Positions 1-10,600 of a stretch of 64,000 nt of DNA are shown here, piece by piece (position 1 is the first letter of the stretch; each line of letters opens with the position of its first letter). A program made the position numbers and the translations under genes. Below the pieces are notes generated by a model, which was not told the DNA's origin, did no database searches, and saw only the letters and a list, made by a program, of their open reading frames with translations. The stretch comes from Candidatus Poribacteria bacterium (GTDB taxonomy: Bacteria > Poribacteria > WGA-4E > PCPOR2b): assembly GCA_965198175.1 (NCBI GenBank), contig OZ240245.1:4000001-4064000 (forward strand). Reading direction: 5' to 3'.

Positions 1-193
1 ATTTAATCGAGCATTCCTGAATTTTTATAATCGTCTATCTCAGCGGCTTGGGTCAGATACGGAAGCGCGAGCGAAACTCGACGCGGTTTTCAATCTCTTC
101 CAAACGCATCATAAAGAATAAACGATACAGAGAAGGGTAGTAGAAGGACCGTCGAACACCCAATCTTTACGTTTTACCCATGAGGGTGAAAAT

Positions 194-2515
194 ATGGCAC
201 AGAGAACGATACGGTCAATATTCTATCTGATTTTGATTTTGCAGCTCGTTGCCGTAATCGCCCTTCCCCACGCGAATGCGCAAAGCAACGAAGATAAACC
301 GATTTGGGAGAAATGGCGTGTATTTGTTCTCCCGGTAGCCCTGCTATTCCTTTTTGCCACGATTAACTACGCAATCGATCTCTTCAGAAAAGACAAAATC
401 CTAAAGAAACTGCTGAAAAAGTACATCGTTTTTGAGATGAATGGAAAACGATATCGTGGAACGATGCGGCTTGAATCAAACGGAATTGAAATCATTTCCG
501 AGGAATCCCGGCAACGTGGACATGCGCCAAGTTACATTTTCAGAGGACCGGAGAGGGAGGGGATTGTTGCATATATCCGTTATCTCGATTCGATGAACGG
601 GCGGGAACGACTAGAACGAGATTGGGATTTCGATCGCATTTATCACCCTCGCTTAACAACGCGCCTCCAGCGAAAAATCCGAAACCTTGGTGTCGCTCTT
701 AGGAGCTCGATTAACAAGACCGTAGAGATGATCTGGGGGCAGATTAAGAAAACGACGGCTTTCAAGCCCGTTTCTCAAGCGCCGCAAGGGGAGGGGGTCA
801 GCCCCGCAGGTGAAATCGAGGCGATGCGAAAAGAACTGTGGGAATATGCAATGGAGGAGAGCTATGAGCGGCTCATCGAACGGCTGGTCGGCACGCGTGT
901 CAAGGTCACAACCAGCAAGAAGGAAGATTACACCGCTGTTTTGAAAGAGTACACCGACAAACATATCTACTTAATGGATGTCAAATGTGCGGCGGTCGTG
1001 CCGCCTGCCAACGATCAAGGATATAAGCTGGGTGGAGGGTATAAGGATGAATGGGACGTCACGTTGAACATCGAGCATGGTAAGATCAATGTAAGGGACG
1101 AACGTGGGCTGCGAAGCAAGATTGAGGGCGATGACCTTGTTTTGGAAAATAATACCCCTTATGAAATACAGCTTTGGGGGCTCACGTATGAAGTGCCCGG
1201 TAAAGAAACAGACGCGCATGACTGGAAATGGGGGTATCATATTCCACCGTTCAGCGTGCAGAAAATTCATCTACAACCGCGTCCGAAGCATCATAATGTA
1301 GGTCCTTTTCAACGGGTTGTGGTTCAAGAACCGCGAACATATAGAGCCTTTAAGCTGCTCAAGCTCAAGTTCCGATCGTTTCGCGATGCGGATATCGTTT
1401 TTACGCGAGCATGCAAGATTATCGAAAGTGCTGAAAAGTATGAGCGAGAGTCACTAGATTTTGGTGGGTTGACGGCAGCCCTCCTTGCATCTCAAGAGGT
1501 AGAAGACGTCGCGATCACGGATGAGTCCGGCGAATCCATCCACGGCTTAAATGTCATTCGCGGCTATATAACGAACATCAACGAAGATCGAATCGACGTT
1601 AAAGAAATTGATTACTGCTACGACAAGCGTTGGTCCGTCGAAGGCGCGTTTGGGCGGTTCGATGAAAAGTTGAGAAAGGTGGGGCCACCTCACGTCAGAA
1701 TTTTGCCGCCCTATCGCACGCGTATGGCAGCGCAGACAATGCTGGTAGAGGAAATTGGTGAGAGCAGAGGGAATCGAGAAATTCTGTCACCCTTCCTTTT
1801 TACGCCCGTCTCCTCCCGTAGGAAACCGTATAAAAAGCCTGAGCACCCCTTAAAAGTGATGGCGTTGACAGGTAACGTCACAGAAGCGGAATTCCCCGCT
1901 CTGCAGCAGCTTGAGAATGTCAACGAACATCATATCATCTATGAACCGGTCAAAGATTTGCGAACCGCTTATATGGCAAAAGCGCATATCCTTTGGATTG
2001 GACATGGGGAAATCTATAAAGAGGGCTACCGTTTGAGTATTGATGCCGAGCATCGGATCAAAAACTTCGTCGGCAGAGGTGGAATTGCAATCGTATCCGG
2101 TCAGGATATAAGCAATATGCAGCGGCGTCGTCAAAGCGTCGGCTGGGTACCAGAGCCGCTGATTGGTGTTGAATGCGACGAAACGCAGGAATTTACGCCA
2201 ACACGCGCCGGTAAAAGGGGGAAAATCTTCCACTATCCTCACAAGATTAAGTCCGGTGAAATCAAATTGGACGATATGTGGATAGACCAACTAAACAAAT
2301 ACACTTCCCTTGCGAAAGCAAATCGTGGAGACGAAGATGCGATACTTCTCCTACCCTATCAGGCGGGATTGTATATTGTGACCAGCTTAAAAAACGAAAC
2401 TGAAACGGATGTGCAAATCAATCACGCTATTATGGCGAATCTGCTCCACTTCTCTGTGAAGTTCATTGATAAACAGAAGCATTCCCACCTGTATTATGTG
2501 GCTCAAGGCGCATAA
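194..2515 (+). CDS. Hypothetical membrane-anchored multidomain protein (signal peptide + TM, Sm/LSM-like segments, C-terminal class-I glutamine-amidotransferase-like alpha/beta domain)
   Basis: 773-aa ORF with GAGGGTG RBS; N-terminal signal-like segment ending ANA and a second hydrophobic helix; VGTRVKVTT..YTAVLKEYTDKHIYLMDV looks Sm-like; HILWIGHG..IKNFVGRGGIAIVSGQD looks GATase1-like. Domain calls are by eye. Confidence 0.6.
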   Translation: MAQRTIRSIFYLILILQLVAVIALPHANAQSNEDKPIWEKWRVFVLPVALLFLFATINYAIDLFRKDKILKKLLKKYIVFEMNGKRYRGTMRLESNGIEIISEESRQRGHAPSYIFRGPEREGIVAYIRYLDSMNGRERLERDWDFDRIYHPRLTTRLQRKIRNLGVALRSSINKTVEMIWGQIKKTTAFKPVSQAPQGEGVSPAGEIEAMRKELWEYAMEESYERLIERLVGTRVKVTTSKKEDYTAVLKEYTDKHIYLMDVKCAAVVPPANDQGYKLGGGYKDEWDVTLNIEHGKINVRDERGLRSKIEGDDLVLENNTPYEIQLWGLTYEVPGKETDAHDWKWGYHIPPFSVQKIHLQPRPKHHNVGPFQRVVVQEPRTYRAFKLLKLKFRSFRDADIVFTRACKIIESAEKYERESLDFGGLTAALLASQEVEDVAITDESGESIHGLNVIRGYITNINEDRIDVKEIDYCYDKRWSVEGAFGRFDEKLRKVGPPHVRILPPYRTRMAAQTMLVEEIGESRGNREILSPFLFTPVSSRRKPYKKPEHPLKVMALTGNVTEAEFPALQQLENVNEHHIIYEPVKDLRTAYMAKAHILWIGHGEIYKEGYRLSIDAEHRIKNFVGRGGIAIVSGQDISNMQRRRQSVGWVPEPLIGVECDETQEFTPTRAGKRGKIFHYPHKIKSGEIKLDDMWIDQLNKYTSLAKANRGDEDAILLLPYQAGLYIVTSLKNETETDVQINHAIMANLLHFSVKFIDKQKHSHLYYVAQGA

Positions 2516-2547
2516 ACCGTAATATAAACTTATGTCCTTTCGAACTC

Positions 2548-5500
2548 CTACTGATATTGCTCTGCTTTCAATGTCCTCAAAATCCTCTCAAGCTCTTTGA
2601 ATTCCTGAGCGGCTTCCGTGACCTTTCCCTCGCCGGTCAACTTCAGATATTGATCGTATTTTTCAACCGCTAACCGATGTAGCTCCGCCAACGTTGGCAG
2701 TGTCCCCGCTGTTCCCTCCGCTGTCTCGGTCGCGGACTCAATGCCAATGCCAATACCAAAGATTTTCTGTAGGGCTTTGTCAAACCTGTCCGCGTACGCC
2801 ATCTGATCGCCGGCTCTTACAACAACCGTCTTTAATTGGGCACGATTGCTGTTCTTGGGCTTTAGGTAGATGGGCTCCACATAAAATAGGGTATCTTCCA
2901 CAGGAATCACAAGCAAATTGCCGCGAATCACCTGAGCCCCTTTTGCGTCCGATTGCCTGAACCAAACCTCACTTGCCAGCTCATTTTCAATGTCTTCCTC
3001 GACCTGCCTAGGTCCAATGACAGTCGCCTCCGTCGGCAGCCGATAGATTACCAATTGACCGTATCCTTCCCCATCACTGCGTGCGACAAGCCATGCGTTC
3101 ATGAGCTTGACCCGTTTCGGTGGAGTAAATGGAACCATGTTCACGAACTCCGGTTTCTTTTCGCCCGGCAACTTAAAAGTTGCGTAGTAAGGCACCATTC
3201 GCTGCTTTTCCGTGTAGTATGTTTCGTCGGGGATATTCCACCGGTCAGAACCGTGGAAGAATGTATGGGCATCCTCTACATGATAGTCCGTATACATTTC
3301 CGCTTGGGTGCGGGTAAGATAATCGGGGTATCGAAGGTGGTTCTGCAATCCTGCCGGAATTTGATCTTTCTGTTGGAAGAGGTTCGGAAAGGCACTCTGA
3401 TAGGCAGCCGTAACGGGTTCTTCAGCCTTGGTGAGGTAAAAATTGACTTCACCGCTGTACGCATTGACAACCGCAACAGCGGGGTTGCGAATATAGTTAA
3501 ACCGGTCAAAGGTGGGTTCAGAGTAAAGCGGCGGATTTTCAACCAGCTTGGTCCTATCAACATAGACCTTCGCGTTCGGGTAATTCCGACTCGTGACGTA
3601 AATATCGACCATCCACCAGAGTTGCCCGTCGTCGCCAATCACGATGTAGGGGTCTGGGTCATATTTCAGAAATGGTGCGATGTGTGAGAGGCGATCTGTT
3701 ATCGTTCTAGCGGAGATAGGGTCATGGGTTCCAATTTTTCTCCAAAAAAGAATCCTGCTTTCAGGGGTAAGATCCTTGGAGAGCATTATACGCCAGAAGT
3801 CGAAACGCGTTGCAAAGCAGAGCCGCCTGAACCAACCGCCAATTTCGACGCCACTCTCTCCGTTGTATCCCTCGCCTTCTGGATCTATCTCCTTCTGCTT
3901 GTATATCATGAGGTCACCCGCCTCCTTGCTGGCAATATATCCCCGTTCATTGTCCTTATCTATTATCAGCCACTGGCTGCCCTCTACCGTTATCGAAATC
4001 GTAACCTTCTCAGACAGCGTCGTTTTCTGCGCTTCAAACTCTTGTCGTAAGTCGTCGGAGAGAACCCCTTTGTCTAAGTCAACCAAGAACTTTAACTCGA
4101 TTTGTGAGCTCAATTCGATGCTAAATCGTAACCACTTCTCCCGCTTGAAGTTAAACAGTGACCACCGCTCCTGCTCATAAATCCTTAGCTCCCCCTCCTC
4201 TTTACTAACAACGTACTCCTGTTCATCAGCCTTATCAGTTATCAACCACTTGTGACCTTTCGTCTTAATCGAAATCGTGACATTTTCAGACAGCGGCATT
4301 TCATACGCTTCAAACTCTTGTCGCAAATTTTGTGAGAGATTGCCGTTGTTGAGAGCCGTTAGGATTTCCGACTCAATCCCAAACAGCAACTGTTTCTTTG
4401 TATTGACGATGATATAATCGTTCGTCATCTCGCCAAAGTAGATTTGAGGTTTTGTTACGCGGAGTTGCGTCCCAAGTTTGTCAGGGGAGTCCATTGGAAT
4501 CCCATGTATCCAGAAGTTAGGATCGCCACCCTCTGTTTTGAATTCATTCACCGGAACAACACAAACTCCGTAGCCGTGGGTATAGACCATCTTCCGACTC
4601 CCCCAGTATTGCGCCTCAGGTAATTCCTTCGGATCTATGTCTATCTCCCTCGCGGCAATCAATACTTGCCGGTACTTTCCGTCTACCCAGTACCGATCGA
4701 CATCTGTGTAGGGATGGAACTCGTAATACGGTTTGATGGTCTGTTTGTCTCTCAGCACTTCGTAAAGGACGCGCCGATCCCACAACTGGATATTCTCTCT
4801 GATTTCAGGGTTGCGATGAATCATCTCCACCGTTGCGGCACCTTGAATGTGGTCGCTCTCAACAATTTGATCCAGCCTAAATGCCCGGCGGGTCAATTCA
4901 ATATGACTTTTAAGGAAGGGTACCTCAGCGGACGCTCGATTCGGACGAACTTCTGTCCAATGAATAAAAATCGGGTAGGCTTGAATCAATACAAGATAGC
5001 TCACCCCCCAAATCGCAAGGGCAGAATACCAGACCACCCGTTTTCGCCAAAACATGTTAATTAAGACAAGAACACCAATCCCGAGGATGCAGACCATAAA
5101 AATTTGAGTCGCGCCAATCAGCGCCTCGTCGACGTAGCCCATCCCATCAACCCGACCGAGGCCCCAAGGTGTCCGAGCGGTGTATAGGACATTCCAGATG
5201 TTAATCTGGCTCCGGCACAAGGAGACGCCGAGTAGCATGAGCCATAGCAGCGAAGCGTGAAGGACAAAATGACGTTCAACACGAACCGTTCTCCGCACAT
5301 CCCGACGGCGGTAGAAATGATACAAGACTCCCACAATCACTATCGTCGCCCATAGCACGACTTTCAGCCATAGACTGACCCAGCGATAGATTGGAAAGGT
5401 AAACAGATAAAAACCGAGTTCTTTTTGGAGCGCTTGATGGGAGATGAAGGAGATTACGTCTGTCAACCCACGATTTTCGTAACGGATGAAATCGTCCCAC

Positions 5501-5958
5501 AGAAACATCATCGGTATCGCCAGAAGACTTGCGACCAAAACAATCGAGATCAGCATGCCGCGGTAGAATCGCGTTGTCTGTTCGCGAGGCCATCGCGTGC
5601 CGTCACTCACAACGGGACAGAGCCGAGCCCCGATGAAGATATTCAGTCCCATAAACCCAATCGCTGCGCCAGCGAATTTGGCAAAGAGTCCCCATCGCGT
5701 TTTCAGGACGCCCCAAAAGATATTGGCATAGCCGACACTCTCAAACCAGAGGTGTTCCGTGTACAGGTATGCCAGCGCGGGCAAAAGCAGCACAGCCATC
5801 AGCAACAGACCCACAACCCAGACCCCGTAGGTTTTCATCCGCAGCCCAGGATTCCGTGTCCGCTTGCCTCGCCGATACATAAACATGCCAGCGATCAGCG
5901 TGCTGACGCCAATGACCAATCCAATCAAAATTTGAGTAATAGCAAGGTCAGCTTTCAT
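2548..5958 (-). CDS. UPF0182 family membrane protein with an internal duplicated insertion
   Basis: YTEHLWFESVGY, FYLFTFP, DVDRYWVDG..QVLIAARE, YTHGYG, PQIYFGE, APFLKYDPDPY, FNYIRN, HLRYP and GNLLVIPV..YVEPIYL are typical UPF0182 motifs. Confidence 0.92.
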   Translation of the reverse strand: MKADLAITQILIGLVIGVSTLIAGMFMYRRGKRTRNPGLRMKTYGVWVVGLLLMAVLLLPALAYLYTEHLWFESVGYANIFWGVLKTRWGLFAKFAGAAIGFMGLNIFIGARLCPVVSDGTRWPREQTTRFYRGMLISIVLVASLLAIPMMFLWDDFIRYENRGLTDVISFISHQALQKELGFYLFTFPIYRWVSLWLKVVLWATIVIVGVLYHFYRRRDVRRTVRVERHFVLHASLLWLMLLGVSLCRSQINIWNVLYTARTPWGLGRVDGMGYVDEALIGATQIFMVCILGIGVLVLINMFWRKRVVWYSALAIWGVSYLVLIQAYPIFIHWTEVRPNRASAEVPFLKSHIELTRRAFRLDQIVESDHIQGAATVEMIHRNPEIRENIQLWDRRVLYEVLRDKQTIKPYYEFHPYTDVDRYWVDGKYRQVLIAAREIDIDPKELPEAQYWGSRKMVYTHGYGVCVVPVNEFKTEGGDPNFWIHGIPMDSPDKLGTQLRVTKPQIYFGEMTNDYIIVNTKKQLLFGIESEILTALNNGNLSQNLRQEFEAYEMPLSENVTISIKTKGHKWLITDKADEQEYVVSKEEGELRIYEQERWSLFNFKREKWLRFSIELSSQIELKFLVDLDKGVLSDDLRQEFEAQKTTLSEKVTISITVEGSQWLIIDKDNERGYIASKEAGDLMIYKQKEIDPEGEGYNGESGVEIGGWFRRLCFATRFDFWRIMLSKDLTPESRILFWRKIGTHDPISARTITDRLSHIAPFLKYDPDPYIVIGDDGQLWWMVDIYVTSRNYPNAKVYVDRTKLVENPPLYSEPTFDRFNYIRNPAVAVVNAYSGEVNFYLTKAEEPVTAAYQSAFPNLFQQKDQIPAGLQNHLRYPDYLTRTQAEMYTDYHVEDAHTFFHGSDRWNIPDETYYTEKQRMVPYYATFKLPGEKKPEFVNMVPFTPPKRVKLMNAWLVARSDGEGYGQLVIYRLPTEATVIGPRQVEEDIENELASEVWFRQSDAKGAQVIRGNLLVIPVEDTLFYVEPIYLKPKNSNRAQLKTVVVRAGDQMAYADRFDKALQKIFGIGIGIESATETAEGTAGTLPTLAELHRLAVEKYDQYLKLTGEGKVTEAAQEFKELERILRTLKAEQYQ

Positions 5959-5984
5959 CGTTTTTGCGATTAAAAATCAGGCGA

Positions 5985-6367
5985 TTAGCCAAGGAATATC
6001 TTTACAACCAAAGCAATCAGTGCCATATACAAGGGTGCCATCAGTCCGATAATCCAGCGAAACTGAGCGTTAAGTTGGCCGTTAACTGCGGAGATTTGAT
6101 CTCCTACTTTTTCAAATCGCCCCTCTATCTGATCGAGGTGTCTGTCCATCTGCTCGAAGCGCCCAATAATGGCTTCAGTAAAATCATCAAAGCGTTTGTC
6201 CATCTGCTCGAAGCGCCCAATAATGGCTTCAGTAAAATCATCAAAGCGTTTGTCCATTTGCTCAAACGCACCGCGTAGTAGGTTTGAACTTTCGCATTTT
6301 GATTGATGAGTTCAACGGTTGCTCTCACTAAATCTCGAAGTTCAGCAATTTCAGAATCGCCGTTCAT
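5985..6367 (-). pseudogene. Small coiled-coil protein with C-terminal TM helix, split by a 1-nt frameshift near 6265
   Basis: ATG at 6367 has a GGAGG RBS; adding one T to cgtttgag joins MNGDSEIAEL..YAVR to FEQMDKRFDD..FRWIIGLMAPLYMALIALVVKIFLG. Confidence 0.7.
6143..6268. repeat. 54-bp tandem repeat, about 2.3 copies (18-aa unit RFEQMDKRFDDFTEAIIG)
   Basis: Identical units start at 6143 and 6197; a partial third unit starts at 6251. Confidence 0.95.
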
Positions 6368-6579
6368 GCTTGCCTCCCGTTGAATCGTCCCCGCCCTCTA
6401 ACTCCACCGTGGTAAAGAGGAGGCTTTACGCTGTTATTGTTTTCTGTTTTCAGCAAGTTACGATGTATGAAATAAAATCCAATTCCGATACCAATAGCTA
6501 TAACAAGATACACAATATTCTTGAACCTAGCAACTAATTCAATAATCCACAGTATAACAAACAGCCGATTCAACAACAA
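6364..6579 (-). CDS. Possible small membrane protein or remnant
   Basis: 71-aa ORF with two hydrophobic stretches and a weak start context. Confidence 0.3.
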   Translation of the reverse strand: MLLNRLFVILWIIELVARFKNIVYLVIAIGIGIGFYFIHRNLLKTENNNSVKPPLYHGGVRGRGRFNGRQA

Positions 6580-6656
6580 TTAAAAACAACCACGCCGCCA
6601 TGAGCTTCGAGCGTCGGTAGAGGGCGCGAATCCAACCATCCCCACTGCCTCCAAAC

Positions 6657-7664
6657 TCACTGCAATCGGCCTGACGACGCGAGTACGCGGTGTAAATTAC
6701 CACAACATCGCCCCATTCTCTCGCGCTCGCGAGGAGGTGAATTAGCAGTCCAAACGGTTTGATCGGATTCGGCGAATCCATCCATCTCATCAAGAATTGC
6801 GTATCTATTCTTCGTTGAGTCAGTGTCTTCACCGTCCAGCAAATACTGCTTCCACTTGTCCTTCACAAATTCATAAAAACCATCCACAGGCTTACTTCCG
6901 CATATCGGTGCAAGTTCCTGTCCGATTTTTGTGAGAAGCGTCTTTCCAATATCAAGCCTGTTATCAGCATCCTTGGGCATCTCCAAGAGCAGCGGCTTAC
7001 TATAGTAGTGCGCAATAAACCTCTTAGGCAAATTGACCTGTTGGAAATCAATAAGGGCTGTAATTTTAACAAGCCCGATATTTCAAGGTGACTCAGGGTG
7101 CGAAAGTTAATCCCGTGTCTGTTGTAAATTTCCGGCTTCTCATCGAACACCAACGGCACAAAACCTCCAATCGTCCAACCAAACCCGCAGAACTTGGTGA
7201 ACAGTTCTGCATCGCTCTTGTCGAAATCTGAAAGCAGATTAACTGTTCGCTTTGAATAGGTGCCAGGGACATTCGCTTCGCCAGCTAAAACGCGCGACCA
7301 CAGGCTCTGCATCTCACTATCAGAGACTATCCGACATTTATCGAAGAAGTTGGCGATCCAGTCATTCTCCATAGGATCTGGATTTGCCTCTATATTCAAA
7401 TGGGAAGCAGCTTTAGCGATAATATCCTCCATGTTCTTCTGGTGATGCGCATCTTCCTCAATTCGACGCTGCGCAGCTCGTTGATGCAAGTCGTTTATCT
7501 CAATCTCGGATTGTGCTTTTATCATTGCGGCTTCAGCTTCCGCCTTAGCAACTCTTTTAATCTGCCGGGGCGCAAAGGAGCCACCTAATTCCTTTCGCTA
7601 TTTTCTTGATCTAGGTATCAATAGGCTTCGATATCTCGCCCAAGTTTACAATGGAATTTGACAT
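6657..7664 (-). pseudogene. DUF2806-like protein, disrupted by one in-frame TAG and two frameshifts
   Basis: AGGAGG RBS then ATG at 7664, reading MSNSIVNLGEISKPIDT*IKK; frameshifts near 7588 and 7080; core DWIANFFDKCRIVSDSEMQSLWSRVLAGEANVPGTYSKRT is characteristic of the family. Confidence 0.8.
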
Positions 7665-7683
7665 CGTTGAATCTCCTCCTTAT

Positions 7684-10600
7684 CTATTCTAATCCCAATC
7701 CAGGCAAACCATGCACAATCTCAACCGTCTCCAAGCTGACGGTGATTACTTTGCCGATAAGTTTGACGATGTATTGCGGGTCGTCGTCGCGGTTGGGATC
7801 GTTGACGATGCCGCTGCGTTTGTCGGTCTTAACACGATATTGATCAATCACCCAATCCAACGCCGACCGATTCCCAAGCCGATAGTCGAATGCCTTTGCG
7901 GGTATACCGTCGAGGGTTAGGAAATCGTTGTATTTTATCTGCGTCTTGCCTTTGGACAGCTTCATCTTTTCGACACGCCAATCGAGCTGTGTACCCGGTG
8001 TTTCAATAAAGATAAGCGGATATTCGTTTACATCCTCATAGCCGACGTGGATTACCCCCAACCGTTTCCCCGCTGTGGCAAACCCCCAGAAGTCCGGCGC
8101 ATAAGGCAGGTGAGGCAGATCCCGCTTGAGGTTCGCACCATACCGCTCCCGATATTCCGGATGGTGGAGCAGACCGTAGACGAAATGAAAGATGTCCCAC
8201 TTGCCGATAGTATCGTCTCGGTAATGCGCCCGGAATTGTGCCAACGCCCAATGAGTGATATTCTCCCGGCGGTTCATTCCATCCTCGGCGTAGGTGTAGA
8301 AGGGGAAGCATTGTGAACCATCAATGGAAGTTATTGTTAGATTGGGAATCATATCTGTGCAAAAACACCAACAATTAGATCGCCCCCCAATACTTGGAAC
8401 AATAATCACTCTATTTTCCGTTTCAGTTTCAGGTATGGGGAAGATGGATGGAAATACGAGCACTCGATCGTTTGTCATCCTATCAAAGTAGAGGTTTGCT
8501 TTCGTAAAGGGACGATAGAGGTACTGTCGAATTTTCATGTCGGCAAATTCTGTAATTTGTCCCCTTTCCAGTTTCTGTTTTAAGCCTGAACTCCACTTTA
8601 TTTTCGCGGCATCATTAACCACAAACCCATCAACTGTTGCGTCCCGATTTCCGCGACGTTTCCACCTATCTAACTCTGCATTGTAGATTCCAATCATCTG
8701 CTCCATGTTCTTTGCCAGTAGATTTCGGTTAAAATTACGCGTCCACGCATCGCGGTTGGTGCTGACACCGAGACTGTAAGTCTGAAAAATCACATCTACC
8801 ACTGTACCTTTTACTGCCTTAGCTTTCTTGGTTCCCATCGGCAAAAACGCCTCAAACTCGGCGTGGAGCCCCTCTGTCAGCCATGTCTGTCGATGGTCAG
8901 GCGTTATCGGTTTCCATTCAATGTTTCGGTAATGCTTCTTTGAATCGAGATAGCGGTATTTGTCCTCCTTGCGCCAAAATTCATCGACACGGGCGTAGAA
9001 GATTTCGGCTTGGGAGTTTGCGCGGTCACGCCTTTTGATGCCGAAATTAATGCTCACACCGATCTGAATGCCAAAAACGTTGTGGGTTGTGCCAGACAGT
9101 TTTGGATTATTGCGGACGTTCCCACTGAGATCGAGAATGTAAATTGCATCGAAATCGTCTGACAGGTGTTTCCGCATTCCATCAAATGCCATGTTGTCCA
9201 AAAAACTGTTGTTGGTTACAAAGGCGACAATCCCTTCGTCTCTTATTCGGTCCGACGCCCACGAAATCGCCTTCACGTACGGGTCGGAGAGTTTATTTTT
9301 TAACGTCGCTTTAGAGTCTTTTGCATACGTATCCGCAACCCGCTTGTCCATCGTTTCGTACTTCCGGTTTTTGTTGTTGTCGTTCTCGTTGACCTGACCG
9401 GCGTTATAGGGCGGATTGCCAATTATTACAAACATCGGTGTCTCTTTCTGACTTTCAACGCGGCGGGTGTTTTCCTCCGCAAACAGAGATTGATAGTTGT
9501 CCGGGTCTTCTACTAACTCAAAGGTATCAACGAAGCAGATTCTCTCAAAGGGACGATACGTTCCCATCGCCTCGTAAAACTCGTGCTCAATGTTCATCGA
9601 CGCGATGTAGTACGGCAGCAGCATCACCTCGTTGCAGTGAAGTTCGGATTGATACTTGTCTGCCAGCGCGGTCTTGCAAATTTCTCTCATTACCCGAACT
9701 ATGAAATTACCGGTCCCCACAAACGGGTCGATGATGTGAACGCCGGAATCAGAGAGCGATCGATTGAATTCGGTCTGTAGTATCTGATCCACGCTTTTCA
9801 CCATGAAATCGACAATCGGTTGCGGCGTGTAGACAATTCCGTGCGTGTCCGCAACCTTTACCGAAAAGCCCTGAAAAAACTGCTCGTAAACGGTGTTGAG
9901 AAAACCCTGTTTTTGGGAAAAGTCGTCGATGGTAGCAGCGGTGCGTTCGATTGCGACGTAAAAGGGGTCAAGGCTACGCAGAAAATCCTCGCGGCTGAAA
10001 GCGTGAGACATCAGCGCAGTGATGACGGTTTCGATTTCGCGGGCGATGACATTGCGGCGGGCAAATTCGGAGTTGCTAAAGACAGTTTGGAAGATTCGCT
10101 CAGTCAGCAGGTGCTGAATCAGCATCTCCTCAACGGCGGCTTCGGAGAGGTTGGGGTTGATCGATTGACGACATTTCTCATGGAAGGCGGCAAAGGCGGC
10201 GGTAAATTCCCGATTTGCCCCCCGCTCCTTTTCGATCAGTTCTGCCAAGCCGTTCCCAAGTGCGGGCACTCTGTCTTTGAACTGCGAGACCGCCTCCTCC
10301 CATTCGGTGTACTCTCGCGGTCGGTGGGAAAAAAAGGTTTCGAGCGTCCCTATCAGTTCGGTTGGGTCGGTCAGGTCAACATCGAGCACCGGCTGGGCGT
10401 TTTGCCACAGGATGGCGCGATGCGGGGTTTGGAAGAGGATATTGTCGCGAGGGTAGCCAGCCTCAAACTTCTGCAGCACTTGGGTTGGCAGGTCGTCGTG
10501 GATATCCTTCGCTTCCCAATAGCCGTGCGTCAACCGGAAATTGTCCATTAACGCGCCGTCAACGGCAATCCACTTGTTTCGATGTGCGGTCATCGAATGT

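Noticed and set aside
6143..6268. Possible CRISPR array
   Set aside because: The repeats are contiguous with no spacers, have a period divisible by 3, and are coding; no cas genes are present.
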